DNA of 64,000 nt, taken from the NCBI GenBank assembly GCA_037440005.1, contig JBBIUY010000010.1, positions 1 to 64,000 on the forward strand, given 5' to 3'. Positions 28,206-39,202 of the stretch are shown here, piece after piece. How positions within the stretch are numbered: the first letter of the stretch is position 1; each line of letters starts with the position of its first letter. This stretch comes from Armatimonadota bacterium. GTDB taxonomy: Bacteria > Sysuimicrobiota > Sysuimicrobiia > Sysuimicrobiales > Kaftiobacteriaceae. The notes beneath the pieces are model-generated. The model ran no database searches. It had not been told where the DNA came from and was given only the letters and a program-made list of their open reading frames with translations. The position numbers were made by a program, and so were the translations under genes.

Positions 28206-28469
28206 CCCCTCACCCTCGCCCTCTCCCCTCAGGGGAGAGGGATGTTTTAGCGGTTCACCCTCTCCCCATGGGGGAGAGGATGTTGTACCCCTCACCTTCG
28301 CCCTCTCCCCACAGGGGAGAGGGACCTGTCGGTGCGGCCTCTCCCCGCGGGAGAGAGGGTATTGCGCCCCTCACCCTCGCCCTCTCCCCACAGGGGAGAG
28401 GGACCTGTCGGTGCGGCCTCTCCCCACGGGGGGAGGGATGCTGTGGCGGCCTCTCCCCGGGGGAGAGGG
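28206..28469. repeat. Array of seven REP-like hairpins in an alternating long/short (~80 bp) pattern
   Basis: CCCCTCACCCTCGCCCTCTCCCC-N-GGGGAGAGGG alternating with CCTCTCCCC-N-GGGAGAGGG. Confidence 0.9.
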
Positions 28470-28522
28470 CACTGTCAACAGGCTAGCCGCCGCCAGCTGG
28501 CGGCGGCAGTCCCTTCTCCGGG

Positions 28523-29695
28523 CTACTGGCCTCCCCGCTCGATCATCTTGCGCAGCTCGTCGGGGTAGATGGCCCGGGCCAGGGCGTTCTCCAGGGTCAC
28601 CAGCCGCCGGGAGTACAGGTTGAACAGCGACTGGTCCATGGTCTGCATCCCGTACTGGGCGCCGGTCTGGATGGCCGTGTGGATCTGGTGGGTCTTGGCC
28701 TCCCGGATCAGGTTGCGGATGGCCGGGGTGGCGATCATGATCTCCACCGCCGGGACCCGCCCGATCTCCTCGATGGACGGCCAGCGGCCGGTGCGCCCGT
28801 CGCCCATGCCCCCGCCCGCCCCCCGGGCCGCCGCGGCCACCGCCGCCACCCGCCGTTCCTCCCGCCGGCCGACGAACTGGGCGTTGGGCAGCAGCTGCTG
28901 GGAGATCACCGCCTCCAGGACCGAGGCCAGCTGGACGCGGATCTGCTGCTGCTGGTGAGGCGGGAAGACGTCGATGATGCGGTCGATGGACTGGCTGGCG
29001 TTGGCGGTGTGCAGGGTGGCGAACACCAGGTGGCCGGTCTCGGCGATGGTCAGCGCGGCCGCGATGGTCTCCAGGTCCCGCATCTCGCCCACCATGATCA
29101 CGTTGGGGTCCTCCCGCAGCACCGCCCGGAGGGCGTTGGGGAAGGACTGGGTGTCAAAGCCCAGCTCCCGCTGGTTGACGATGCTCTTCTTGTGGTGATG
29201 CACGTACTCGATGGGGTCCTCGATGGTGACGATGTGAGCCGCCCGCTCGCTGTTGATGAAGTCGATCATGGAGGCCAGGGTGGTGGACTTGCCGTGGCCG
29301 GTGGGACCGGTCACCAGGATCAGCCCCCGGGGCAGCCGGCACAGATCCTTGATCACCAGGGGGATGTTCAGCTCCTCGATGCTGGGGATGACCTCGGGGA
29401 TGACCCGGCAGGCGACCCCCACCGACCCCCGCTGGCGGTAGACGTTGACCCGGAACCGCCCCAGCCCCGCCACCGCGTAGGACAGGTCCAGCTCCCAGGT
29501 CTTCTCGAACTTCTGCTTCTGGAACGTGTTGAGCATGCTGTAGGCCAGCTGGAAGGTGTCCTCGGGCGTCAGCGGCGGATGGTTGAGGGGCTGCAGCTTG
29601 CCCCACACCCGGACGGTCGGCGGGACCCCCACGGTCAGGTGGAGGTCCGAGGCTTTGGCTTCCACGGTCTGGCGCAGCAGGTCGTCGATGTGCAT
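28523..29695 (-). CDS. pilT: Pilus retraction ATPase PilT
   Basis: ASDLHL, GPTGHGKST, TIEDPIE, LREDPNVIMVGEMRD, AIRNLIRE, GMQTMDQ. Confidence 0.97.
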   Translation of the reverse strand: MHIDDLLRQTVEAKASDLHLTVGVPPTVRVWGKLQPLNHPPLTPEDTFQLAYSMLNTFQKQKFEKTWELDLSYAVAGLGRFRVNVYRQRGSVGVACRVIPEVIPSIEELNIPLVIKDLCRLPRGLILVTGPTGHGKSTTLASMIDFINSERAAHIVTIEDPIEYVHHHKKSIVNQRELGFDTQSFPNALRAVLREDPNVIMVGEMRDLETIAAALTIAETGHLVFATLHTANASQSIDRIIDVFPPHQQQQIRVQLASVLEAVISQQLLPNAQFVGRREERRVAAVAAAARGAGGGMGDGRTGRWPSIEEIGRVPAVEIMIATPAIRNLIREAKTHQIHTAIQTGAQYGMQTMDQSLFNLYSRRLVTLENALARAIYPDELRKMIERGGQ

Positions 29696-29716
29696 CTCAC
29701 ACCCCTGGGGGAGTGC

Positions 29717-29742
29717 ATGCCCCCGCCCGCGGGATTCTAGGC
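29717..29742 (-). promoter_or_regulatory. Putative SigB/F-type promoter GCCTAG-N14-GGGCAT
   Basis: Shared motif upstream of pilT-pilC. Confidence 0.65.
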
Positions 29743-29800
29743 CGCCCGGCGGGCGGATCGCGGGGGCGCGGGCCTGCGGGAGCGCGGCGCAGCAACCCGG

Positions 29801-31630
29801 TCAGGGGGCCGCGGACCCGCCGTCCCCCGTTCCCGCGACCCCGAAGGGAGCGTCCTCGGGCCCGTTGGCGCGCTCCACGTGCACCACCCGCCACACCTCG
29901 GCCAGGGACGTCACCCCGGCGGCGGCCTTGTGCAGGCCGTCCTGCAGGAGGGTGGTCATGCCCGCCGCCACCGCCTGCTCCTTCAGCTCGTGGTGGGGCG
30001 CGCGGTTCACCACCAGGCGGCGGAGGTCCTCGTCCATCTCGGCGATCTCAAAGACCGCCACCCGCCCCCGGTAGCCCGTGTAGTTGCAGAAGTCGCACCC
30101 CCGGGCCAGGTAGAACGTCCCCGCGGGCGCCTGCGGTCCCATCCGCGCCCGCAGCTCCTCGGCCCCGTAGGGGTCCGGCTCCCGGCACCGCGGACACAGG
30201 ACCCGCACCAGCCGCTGGGCCGCCACCCCTTCCAGGGCGGAGGCCACCAGGTAGGGCTCGATTCCCATGTCCAACAATCGGGTGATGGCGCCGGGGGCGT
30301 CGTTGGTGTGCAGGGTGCTCAACACCAGGTGTCCGGTCAGCGCCGCCTGCACCGCGATCCGCGCCGTCTCCAGGTCCCGGACCTCCCCCACCATGATGAT
30401 GTCCGGGTCCTGGCGCAAGAAATGCCGCAGCGCCGACGCGAACGTCACCCCCGCCCGCGGATTCACCTGCATCTGGGTGATCCCCGGGATCTGGTACTCC
30501 ACCGGGTCTTCCACCGTGACGATGTTCACCTGCTCGCTGTTCAGCTCGTTGAGGATGGCGTACAGGGTGGTGGTCTTGCCGCTGCCGGTGGGGCCCGTCA
30601 GCAGGAAGATCCCCTGGGGCCGCCGGATGATCCGCCGCAGCCGCGCGATGTTGGCCGCAGACAGCCCCAGCTTGTCCAGGTCGTAGATGGGCGCCGACTT
30701 GTCCAGCAGCCGGAGCACCGCCTTCTCCCCGTAAAACGCGGGGATGGTGGACACCCGCACGTCGATGGGCCGCCCGTCCACCCGGGTCTGGAAGCTGCCG
30801 TCCTGGGGCACCCGCCGCTCGGCGATGTCCATGTTGGCCATGATCTTGATCCGGGAGACCACCTGGGCGTGCACGTACTCGGGCAGGGTCCCCCGGGTCA
30901 GCAGCACCCCGTCGATGCGGTAGCGGATCCGGATGTGACGCTCCTGGGGCTCGATGTGGATGTCGCTGGCCCGCTTGCGCACCGCCTCCTCGATCAGCCG
31001 GCTCACCAGCCGCACCACCGGCTGCTCTTCGGCCATCCGCCGCAGCTGCTCCAGGGACACCCGCTCCTCGTCCACCGCCGGGGGCCGCGGCAGGTCCCGC
31101 ACCAGCTCCTGGGCCACGTCCAGCGCCGGGTACTGGTTGAGGGCCGCCTGGAAGTCCCGCACCGTGGTGACCGCCGCCTTCACCTCCATCCCCGTCACCC
31201 GCCGGATGTCGTCCAGGGCCACCACGTCCAGGGGGTCCACCATGGCCACCGTCAGGACCCCGTCCCGCACCTCCAGGGGGATCGCCTGCAGCCGGCTCGC
31301 CATCGGGGCCGGCAGCAGCCGCAGCACGTCCTCGGACAGGGACACCCCCGCCAGACGCACGAAGGGGATGCCGATCTGCTGGCTCAGCAGCCGGGCCACG
31401 TGCTCGGGGTCCACGATCCCCATGTCCAGCAGCACCCGGCCCAGCCGCTCCCCGGTGGCCCGGTGGATCTCCAGGGCGCGGGACAGCTGGTCGGGGGTCA
31501 CCAGCTCCTGCTCCAGCAGCAGCTGGCCCAGGGGCGGACGGCGGCGCGCCCCGTCGGGGGAGGGACGCCGGGAGGGATCGCCCGGGCGGGACGCGTCGCC
31601 CGGGGACGGCAGCGGCTCGCGGTCGGCCAT
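29801..31630 (-). CDS. pilB: PilB/GspE assembly ATPase, copy 2 (MshEN-like N-domain)
   Basis: ATG 31630 with GGAGG SD; GPTGSGKTTTLY, EDPVE, RQDPD, tetra-Cys motif. Confidence 0.92.
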   Translation of the reverse strand: MADREPLPSPGDASRPGDPSRRPSPDGARRRPPLGQLLLEQELVTPDQLSRALEIHRATGERLGRVLLDMGIVDPEHVARLLSQQIGIPFVRLAGVSLSEDVLRLLPAPMASRLQAIPLEVRDGVLTVAMVDPLDVVALDDIRRVTGMEVKAAVTTVRDFQAALNQYPALDVAQELVRDLPRPPAVDEERVSLEQLRRMAEEQPVVRLVSRLIEEAVRKRASDIHIEPQERHIRIRYRIDGVLLTRGTLPEYVHAQVVSRIKIMANMDIAERRVPQDGSFQTRVDGRPIDVRVSTIPAFYGEKAVLRLLDKSAPIYDLDKLGLSAANIARLRRIIRRPQGIFLLTGPTGSGKTTTLYAILNELNSEQVNIVTVEDPVEYQIPGITQMQVNPRAGVTFASALRHFLRQDPDIIMVGEVRDLETARIAVQAALTGHLVLSTLHTNDAPGAITRLLDMGIEPYLVASALEGVAAQRLVRVLCPRCREPDPYGAEELRARMGPQAPAGTFYLARGCDFCNYTGYRGRVAVFEIAEMDEDLRRLVVNRAPHHELKEQAVAAGMTTLLQDGLHKAAAGVTSLAEVWRVVHVERANGPEDAPFGVAGTGDGGSAAP

Positions 31631-31691
31631 AGAACCTCCGGGACGGGACGGAGGAAGAGGGAACACACCCCCGCCGCCTCTTCCCTCTTCC

Positions 31692-34184
<2,493 letters not shown>

Positions 34185-34190
34185 TTCACT

Positions 34191-34225
34191 CAACCTTCAA
34201 CCTTCAACCTCCAACCTCCAACCTT
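34191..34225. repeat. Five tandem 7-mers CAACCTY directly upstream of pilB copy 1
   Basis: caacctt caacctt caacctc caacctc caacctt. Confidence 0.9.
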
Positions 34226-34234
34226 CACCGCCGT

Positions 34235-34609
34235 TCACAGTTGACTGGCCACCGCCTGGCGGATCTTGCGCATCTCGATGCGCAGGCGGCCCAGATTCGC
34301 TCCCTGGTTGCCCACCACCGCCAGGCAGGCGTCGGGCCCCACCGGGGTCACCGCCACCGGCCCCACCTCGTACTCGATGAGGATGGACCCCAACGCGCCC
34401 AGCTGCAGTTCGGTGCCCATGGCCTCCGCCGCCGCCAGGCTGCTGGCCGCAATCGCCCCCACCGAGTCGGTGTCCACGGGGTGGGCGGTGGCTGCCTCGA
34501 TCACGAAGCCGTCCCGGCCGACCACCAGGGCGGCCGTGACCCCGTCCACCCGCAGCAACCCGTCCAGAATCCCGCGCAGCCCGCCCGCCGTCACATCCAC
34601 CGACTGCAT
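34235..34609 (-). CDS. Roadblock/LC7 (MglB-like) protein
   Basis: GVTAALVVGRDGFVIE..ILIEYEVG..ANLGRLRIEM. Confidence 0.88.
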   Translation of the reverse strand: MQSVDVTAGGLRGILDGLLRVDGVTAALVVGRDGFVIEAATAHPVDTDSVGAIAASSLAAAEAMGTELQLGALGSILIEYEVGPVAVTPVGPDACLAVVGNQGANLGRLRIEMRKIRQAVASQL

Positions 34610-34784
34610 CCTGGGGCCCCTTTCGGGGGCGTTCGATCGCCGCCGCGGCGAAGGGTGGCACCGACGCCCGGACGCGGCTGCCCGCGCCTGACGCCCGCCC
34701 CGGGGGGCATCGCTTCCACGCTCCTCCGCGCCAACGTCTCCCGTCCCGGCGTCTGGTCCGTCACGCGACCGCCTCCGCCCGGGG

Positions 34785-35162
34785 TCAGATCACACCGGCG
34801 TTGAGCACCGAGGCGATCTCGGGCATGAAGCGCCGCAGCTGCAGCCGCGCCTTGCCCACGTTCCCCCGCGGGTGGATGACGATCCCCACGTAGTACTCCT
34901 GGCCGGCCATGGCCAGCAGCAGGATGTAGCGCTCGGCCACCAGCATCACGTGGTCGATGGGGCCGCCGTCCACCTTCTGGCACAGGTAGTCCAGTACCTT
35001 ACCGGCGACGGCACCCTCGGGAGCGATCTCCTCGATGGCGAAGTGGGGGTCCACCTTCAGGGTCTCCACGGGGGTGCCGTCCATGTTGACCACGACGGCG
35101 CCCACCAGGCCCTCGATTCCGCCCACCAGCGCCCGCAGCAGGTCCTTGACGGGTGCGGCCAT
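34785..35162 (-). CDS. Roadblock/LC7-like protein (MglC-like)
   Basis: GLVGAVVVNMDGTPVE..GNVGKARLQLRR. Confidence 0.8.
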   Translation of the reverse strand: MAAPVKDLLRALVGGIEGLVGAVVVNMDGTPVETLKVDPHFAIEEIAPEGAVAGKVLDYLCQKVDGGPIDHVMLVAERYILLLAMAGQEYYVGIVIHPRGNVGKARLQLRRFMPEIASVLNAGVI

Positions 35163-35172
35163 GGTCGGGTCC

Positions 35173-35457
35173 TCAGCGCTCGGTCTCGCCGTCGGCGGCC
35201 GCCTCCGCTTCCAGTAGCAGGCGCACGCCCTGCAGGCGCAACCCCTCCTCGTCGATCAGGCGCTTGATGCGCCGGATCAGCTCCAGGTCGCGCTGGCTGA
35301 ACAGCCGGTGCCCGCCCCGGGTCCGGGCGGGGCGGAGCAGCCCGTACTGGCTCTCCCACGCCCGGATCCGCCGGGCGTCCACGCCCGTCAGGCGGGCCAC
35401 GGTGCGGATGGGGTAGATGGGCAGGTCGGGCGCCACGGCCCGGTCCTCGGTCTTCAC
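35173..35457 (-). CDS. Stand-alone MerR-family HTH regulator
   Basis: YPIRTVARLTGV..IRAWESQYGLLRPARTRGGHRLFS; 94 aa with no effector domain. Confidence 0.9.
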   Translation of the reverse strand: MKTEDRAVAPDLPIYPIRTVARLTGVDARRIRAWESQYGLLRPARTRGGHRLFSQRDLELIRRIKRLIDEEGLRLQGVRLLLEAEAAADGETER

Positions 35458-35511
35458 GTGCTGCCTCCTCCTCCGTCAGCCCCGGCGTCGGCCGGGGTCC
35501 ATGCTCCTCCG

Positions 35512-36297
35512 TCAGACCGCCTCCGGCCGCAGGGTTTCCCGCAGGCGCCGCAGGGCGGCGTGCATCACCCGGGAGACGTGCTTTTGGGAAATGCCCAGGC
35601 GGCGGGCGGCTTCGGTCTGGGTGAGGTCCATGAAGAACAGGTAGTAGATCACCTTGCGCTGCAGGTCCGACAGGCGCTCCACCGCGTCGTGGACCAGCAC
35701 CCGTTCCTCCACCGGCATGGCGCCGGCCGCGTGCTTGGTGGTGATCCGGTCCCGCTGGGCGATGGGCGCGCCGTCGTCGCCCTCCCGCTCCTCGTCCAGC
35801 GACGCCACCCGCAGCGACTCCCGGGCCCGCAGGACCTCCACCACCTCCTCCTCGGAGGTCTGGATCTCCCGGGCGATCTCGGCGGGGGTCGGGGGGCGGC
35901 CGATCCGCTGGGTGAGGCTGGTCATGGCGCGGTTGACCCGGTGGTCCATCTCGTACAGCCAGCGGGGCCGGCGCACGGTGGTGCCCTGGTCCCGCAGGTA
36001 GTGGCGGATCTCTCCGGCGATCAGGTGGCGGGCGTAGGTCTCGAACTTCACGCGCCGGTCGGGGTCGAAGTTGGCGACCGCGTTCATCAGGCCGATGTAC
36101 CCGATCTGGTGGAGGTCGTCCAGAGGGATGCCCGACCGGGCGTACCGGCGCGCCACCTGGTGGACCAGGGGCATGAAGTGGGTGGTGAGTTTCTCGTGGA
36201 GATCGGGAGATCGCGAGGCGCGGTAGTCGCGGAACCAGGCCACACAGTCGTCGGGCGGGGTCTCCCGCGCCGGTTGCAGCGTGCTCCTGCGTCCCAT
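35512..36297 (-). CDS. SigB/SigF/SigG-family RNA polymerase sigma factor
   Basis: DDLHQIGYIGLMNAVANFDP, FETYA..IAGEIRHYLRD, region 3, TQTEAARRLGISQKHVSR; ATG 36297 with AGGAGG SD. Confidence 0.92.
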   Translation of the reverse strand: MGRRSTLQPARETPPDDCVAWFRDYRASRSPDLHEKLTTHFMPLVHQVARRYARSGIPLDDLHQIGYIGLMNAVANFDPDRRVKFETYARHLIAGEIRHYLRDQGTTVRRPRWLYEMDHRVNRAMTSLTQRIGRPPTPAEIAREIQTSEEEVVEVLRARESLRVASLDEEREGDDGAPIAQRDRITTKHAAGAMPVEERVLVHDAVERLSDLQRKVIYYLFFMDLTQTEAARRLGISQKHVSRVMHAALRRLRETLRPEAV

Positions 36298-36400
36298 GTG
36301 GCGCCCTCCTGTCACCCGCCAGGCATCGGAGATGCCCGCCGGACCGGAGGCGCAGCGCTGAGACGGGACCGGAGGACCGCCGGAGGAGGGACAACAAGCG

Positions 36401-36495
36401 CCTCTTTCGGCAACCCGGCTGACCTTCCGGTCGTCACCGGCAGGTCCCGTAGCTTTGCGCCCCCAGGTCACCCTGGGTTTGCCTTTGTCGCGAGG
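36401..36495 (-). ncRNA. c-di-GMP-I (GEMM-I) riboswitch
   Basis: Minus strand: CCTC..AAAGGCAAACC-CAGG-GTGA-CCTG-GG-GGCGCAAAGCTACGGGACCT..AGGTCAGCCGGGTTGCCGAAA-GAGG. Conserved motifs, GNRA loop and P1 are present. Confidence 0.9.
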
Positions 36496-36504
36496 ACAGC
36501 TCGG

Positions 36505-36533
36505 ATTCTAACAAACTCATCCCCAAATTGCAA
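36505..36533 (-). promoter_or_regulatory. Sigma70-type promoter TTGCAA-N17-TAGAAT (extended TG)
   Basis: AT-rich island immediately 5' of the riboswitch. Confidence 0.8.
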
Positions 36534-36650
36534 GGGGTCGCCGCCCTCTCCCGGCGCGGCCGCCCCCGTCGGGGGCGGCCGCCGGATGCCTCCGTGGAAG
36601 ATCGCAGCAACTTTGATGCCACCCGGCTGGATGCCGGGTGTGCGGGACGG

Positions 36651-37577
36651 TCAGCGGGTGGAGGCCTGACGGACGCCGCCGGCCAGGTGGGTGTACAGGC
36701 GCAGGACGTTCACCACGTACCACTGGGTTTCCCGGTAGGGCGGGATCCCGTTGTAGCGGCTCACGGCGCCGTGGCCGGCGTTGTAGGCGGCCAGCGCCAG
36801 GGAGACGTTGCCGCCGAAGCGGTCCAGCTGGGCCCGCAGCCACCGCACCGTTCCGTAGATGTTGCCCACCGGGTCGAGGGGGTTGACCTTCAGGCTCTGC
36901 CAGGTCTGCGGCATCAGCTGGCCCAGGCCCACGGCCCCGGCGGGCGAGCGGGCGGTGATCCGGAAGCCCGATTCCACCGCGATCAGGGCCATCACCAGCC
37001 GGGGGTCGACCTGGTAGGCATCGCTGTAGTACAGGACGCTGCGGACGATGGCGTCCACCTGGCGGGCGGACAGGGCGGGGTTGTACCACAGAGCCACGCG
37101 GGCGTAGGCCTGGGGGACCGGCGGGTGGGCCAGGACGGCGATGCGGTCTCCCTCCTGGGCCCGCAGCCACTGCCGGGCCAGCACGGCCGTCTGCGGGTGC
37201 GGGCTGCGCGCGGCCCGCAGGAAAGCCAGGCGGGCGTCGGCGTCGCGTCCCAGGCGAATGAGAGCCGCCCCCAGCCACAGGGCCACCTCCCCCGACGGCC
37301 GCAAAGCCATGGCCCGCTGGAAGGACGCCACGGCCTCGGCGGCGGCTCCCATCTGGTAGTACGAGGCCCCCAGCCACACCCAGGCGGAGGCGTCGGCGGG
37401 GCGGGTCTGCAGGTAGGATCGCAGGATCGCCACGGCCTGGGGGTGGCGTCCGGCCAGGTGCGCCCGGCGCGCCGCCTCCAGGGCGTCAGCCGCCCCCGCC
37501 CCCGACCCCGCCCCCAGGATCAGGACCGCCGCGAGGGTCGCGGTGATCGCCGGGGTCCTGCCGCGTGTAGCGCTCAC
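36651..37577 (-). CDS. TPR-lytic transglycosylase (SLT) protein
   Basis: Signal peptide, TPRs, IAVESGF, GAVGLGQLMP, ALAAYNAG, PPYRETQWYV. Confidence 0.92.
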   Translation of the reverse strand: MSATRGRTPAITATLAAVLILGAGSGAGAADALEAARRAHLAGRHPQAVAILRSYLQTRPADASAWVWLGASYYQMGAAAEAVASFQRAMALRPSGEVALWLGAALIRLGRDADARLAFLRAARSPHPQTAVLARQWLRAQEGDRIAVLAHPPVPQAYARVALWYNPALSARQVDAIVRSVLYYSDAYQVDPRLVMALIAVESGFRITARSPAGAVGLGQLMPQTWQSLKVNPLDPVGNIYGTVRWLRAQLDRFGGNVSLALAAYNAGHGAVSRYNGIPPYRETQWYVVNVLRLYTHLAGGVRQASTR

Positions 37578-37607
37578 ACGTTCGCTGTACCCGGCTTCCG
37601 GCCGGGC

Positions 37608-38174
37608 CTAGTCGCCCCGCAGCCGGCGCAGGCCCATCAGCCGCCGCACGGCGGCCTCCAGGCGACGGACCAGGCGGGTGGTGACGAACTCCCGGGCAGA
37701 GAGCGGGTCCACCAGGATCGTGCGCACGCCCACCAGGTTGCCGCCCAGGATGTCGGTGAACAGCTGGTCTCCCACCAGCGCCGTCTGGGAAGGCTCGGTG
37801 CCCATGGCCCGCATGGCGTGGCGGAAGGCCCAGGGAGCCGGCTTGGCCGCCCGCGGCACCACCGGCACCCCCAGGGCGGCGCCCACCTGCCGGGCGCGGG
37901 ACGTCAGGCTGTTGGAGACGATGCACACCGACACCCCCGCCTGCTTCAGCCCCGCCACCCACCGGACCACCTCGGGAGCGGGGACCGAGGCCCCCCAGGG
38001 GACCACGGTGTTGTCCAGGTCGCAGATCAGCCCCCGGATGCCGTCGGCGCGCAAATCGGCGGGGGACAGGTCCAGGACCGAGCCCACGTGGCGGGCGGGA
38101 GTCAGCCACCGGCCCGGCACCAAGACCCGCCTCCGCGCGGCCCCCAGCACCGACCGCAGCCACGCCCCGATCAC
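37608..38174 (-). CDS. YqeG-family HAD IIIA phosphatase
   Basis: DLDNTVVPW, VSN, KP, VGDQLFTDILGGN. Confidence 0.93.
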   Translation of the reverse strand: MIGAWLRSVLGAARRRVLVPGRWLTPARHVGSVLDLSPADLRADGIRGLICDLDNTVVPWGASVPAPEVVRWVAGLKQAGVSVCIVSNSLTSRARQVGAALGVPVVPRAAKPAPWAFRHAMRAMGTEPSQTALVGDQLFTDILGGNLVGVRTILVDPLSAREFVTTRLVRRLEAAVRRLMGLRRLRGD

Positions 38175-39178
38175 GGGACGGGTCGGTACCTCCGGATGGC
38201 GGCCAGGTGTTCCCGGTAGGTGCGGCTGAAGACGTGGGAGCCGTCGGGCCGGGCCACGTAGTACAGGTAGTCGGTGACCGCCGGGCGGAGGGCGGCCCGG
38301 ATGGACGCCAGCCCGGGGTTGGCGATGGGCCCCGGAGGCAGGCCGGCCCGGCGGTAGGTGTTGTAGGGGGACTCCACCTCCAGGTCGCTGTAGGTCACCA
38401 CCGCCTTGTGCCGGCCCAGGGCGTACAGGACCGTCGCGTCCACCTCCAGCCGCATGCCGCGGCGCAGGCGGTTGACCAGGACGCCGGCGATGAGCGCCCG
38501 CTCGTCATCCCGCCGAGCCTCCCGTTCCACCAGCGAGGCCAGGGTGACGATCTCGTGCAGAGACCGGCCTCCTCCCTCCTGCCGCCACAGAGGGAGGACC
38601 ACCTCGGCGAACCGGTCCAGCAGCACGCCCACGATCTTCTCCTCCGGCCAGCCCCGGGGCAGGCGGTAGGTGTCCGGAAACAGGTACCCTTCCAGCGAGC
38701 CGGTGGCCACCGACCGCAGGAACGGGTGGGGCAGGCGCGCCGCGCCCCGCAGGACCAGCTCCTCCAGGGCCCGGCGGTCGCCCAGCCCGGCGTCGGCCAG
38801 CGCCCGGGCCACCTCCACGGCGGTGTAGCCTTCGGGGATGGTCACCTCGTGCAGGAGGACCTGGCCCCGGGCCAGGACGTCCACCACCTCCAGCAGCCCC
38901 ATGGCCGGGGACAGCCGGTACTCGCCTCCCTGGAGGCGGCCGTCCAGCCCGCGCAGGCGCACCACCCACAGGAAGTCGGACGCGGACCGGATGATGCCCG
39001 CAGACTCCAGCCGCCGGCCGATCTCTGCGGCCGGGGCGCCCGGCGGGATCACCACCACCCGGGGGGATCCGGCGGGGTCGGCGGGCCGGACCGAAGTGGC
39101 CGCGGAGGCGACCACCGCCGCGGCGAGGGCCGCCAGGACTGCTGCGAGGGACGCCCGTGCACGCCGCGCTGACTGCAT
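38171..39178 (-). CDS. mltG: Endolytic transglycosylase MltG
   Basis: TIPEG, LEGYLFPDTY, LASLVEREA, SPYNTY..GLPPGPIANPG. Confidence 0.95.
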   Translation of the reverse strand: MQSARRARASLAAVLAALAAAVVASAATSVRPADPAGSPRVVVIPPGAPAAEIGRRLESAGIIRSASDFLWVVRLRGLDGRLQGGEYRLSPAMGLLEVVDVLARGQVLLHEVTIPEGYTAVEVARALADAGLGDRRALEELVLRGAARLPHPFLRSVATGSLEGYLFPDTYRLPRGWPEEKIVGVLLDRFAEVVLPLWRQEGGGRSLHEIVTLASLVEREARRDDERALIAGVLVNRLRRGMRLEVDATVLYALGRHKAVVTYSDLEVESPYNTYRRAGLPPGPIANPGLASIRAALRPAVTDYLYYVARPDGSHVFSRTYREHLAAIRRYRPVP

Positions 39179-39202
39179 GGGCCAGCCGGCACCGCGGGGC
39201 GG

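Noticed and set aside
28206..28469. CRISPR array
   Set aside because: Spacers are 7-16 nt and one is exactly repeated; alternating REP-like hairpins.
28763..28880. Intein in PilT
   Set aside because: Too short, and lacks the C/S...HN splice junctions.
35512..36297. Sporulation sigma F/G operon
   Set aside because: No spoIIAA/spoIIAB or other sporulation genes; the context is pilus regulation.
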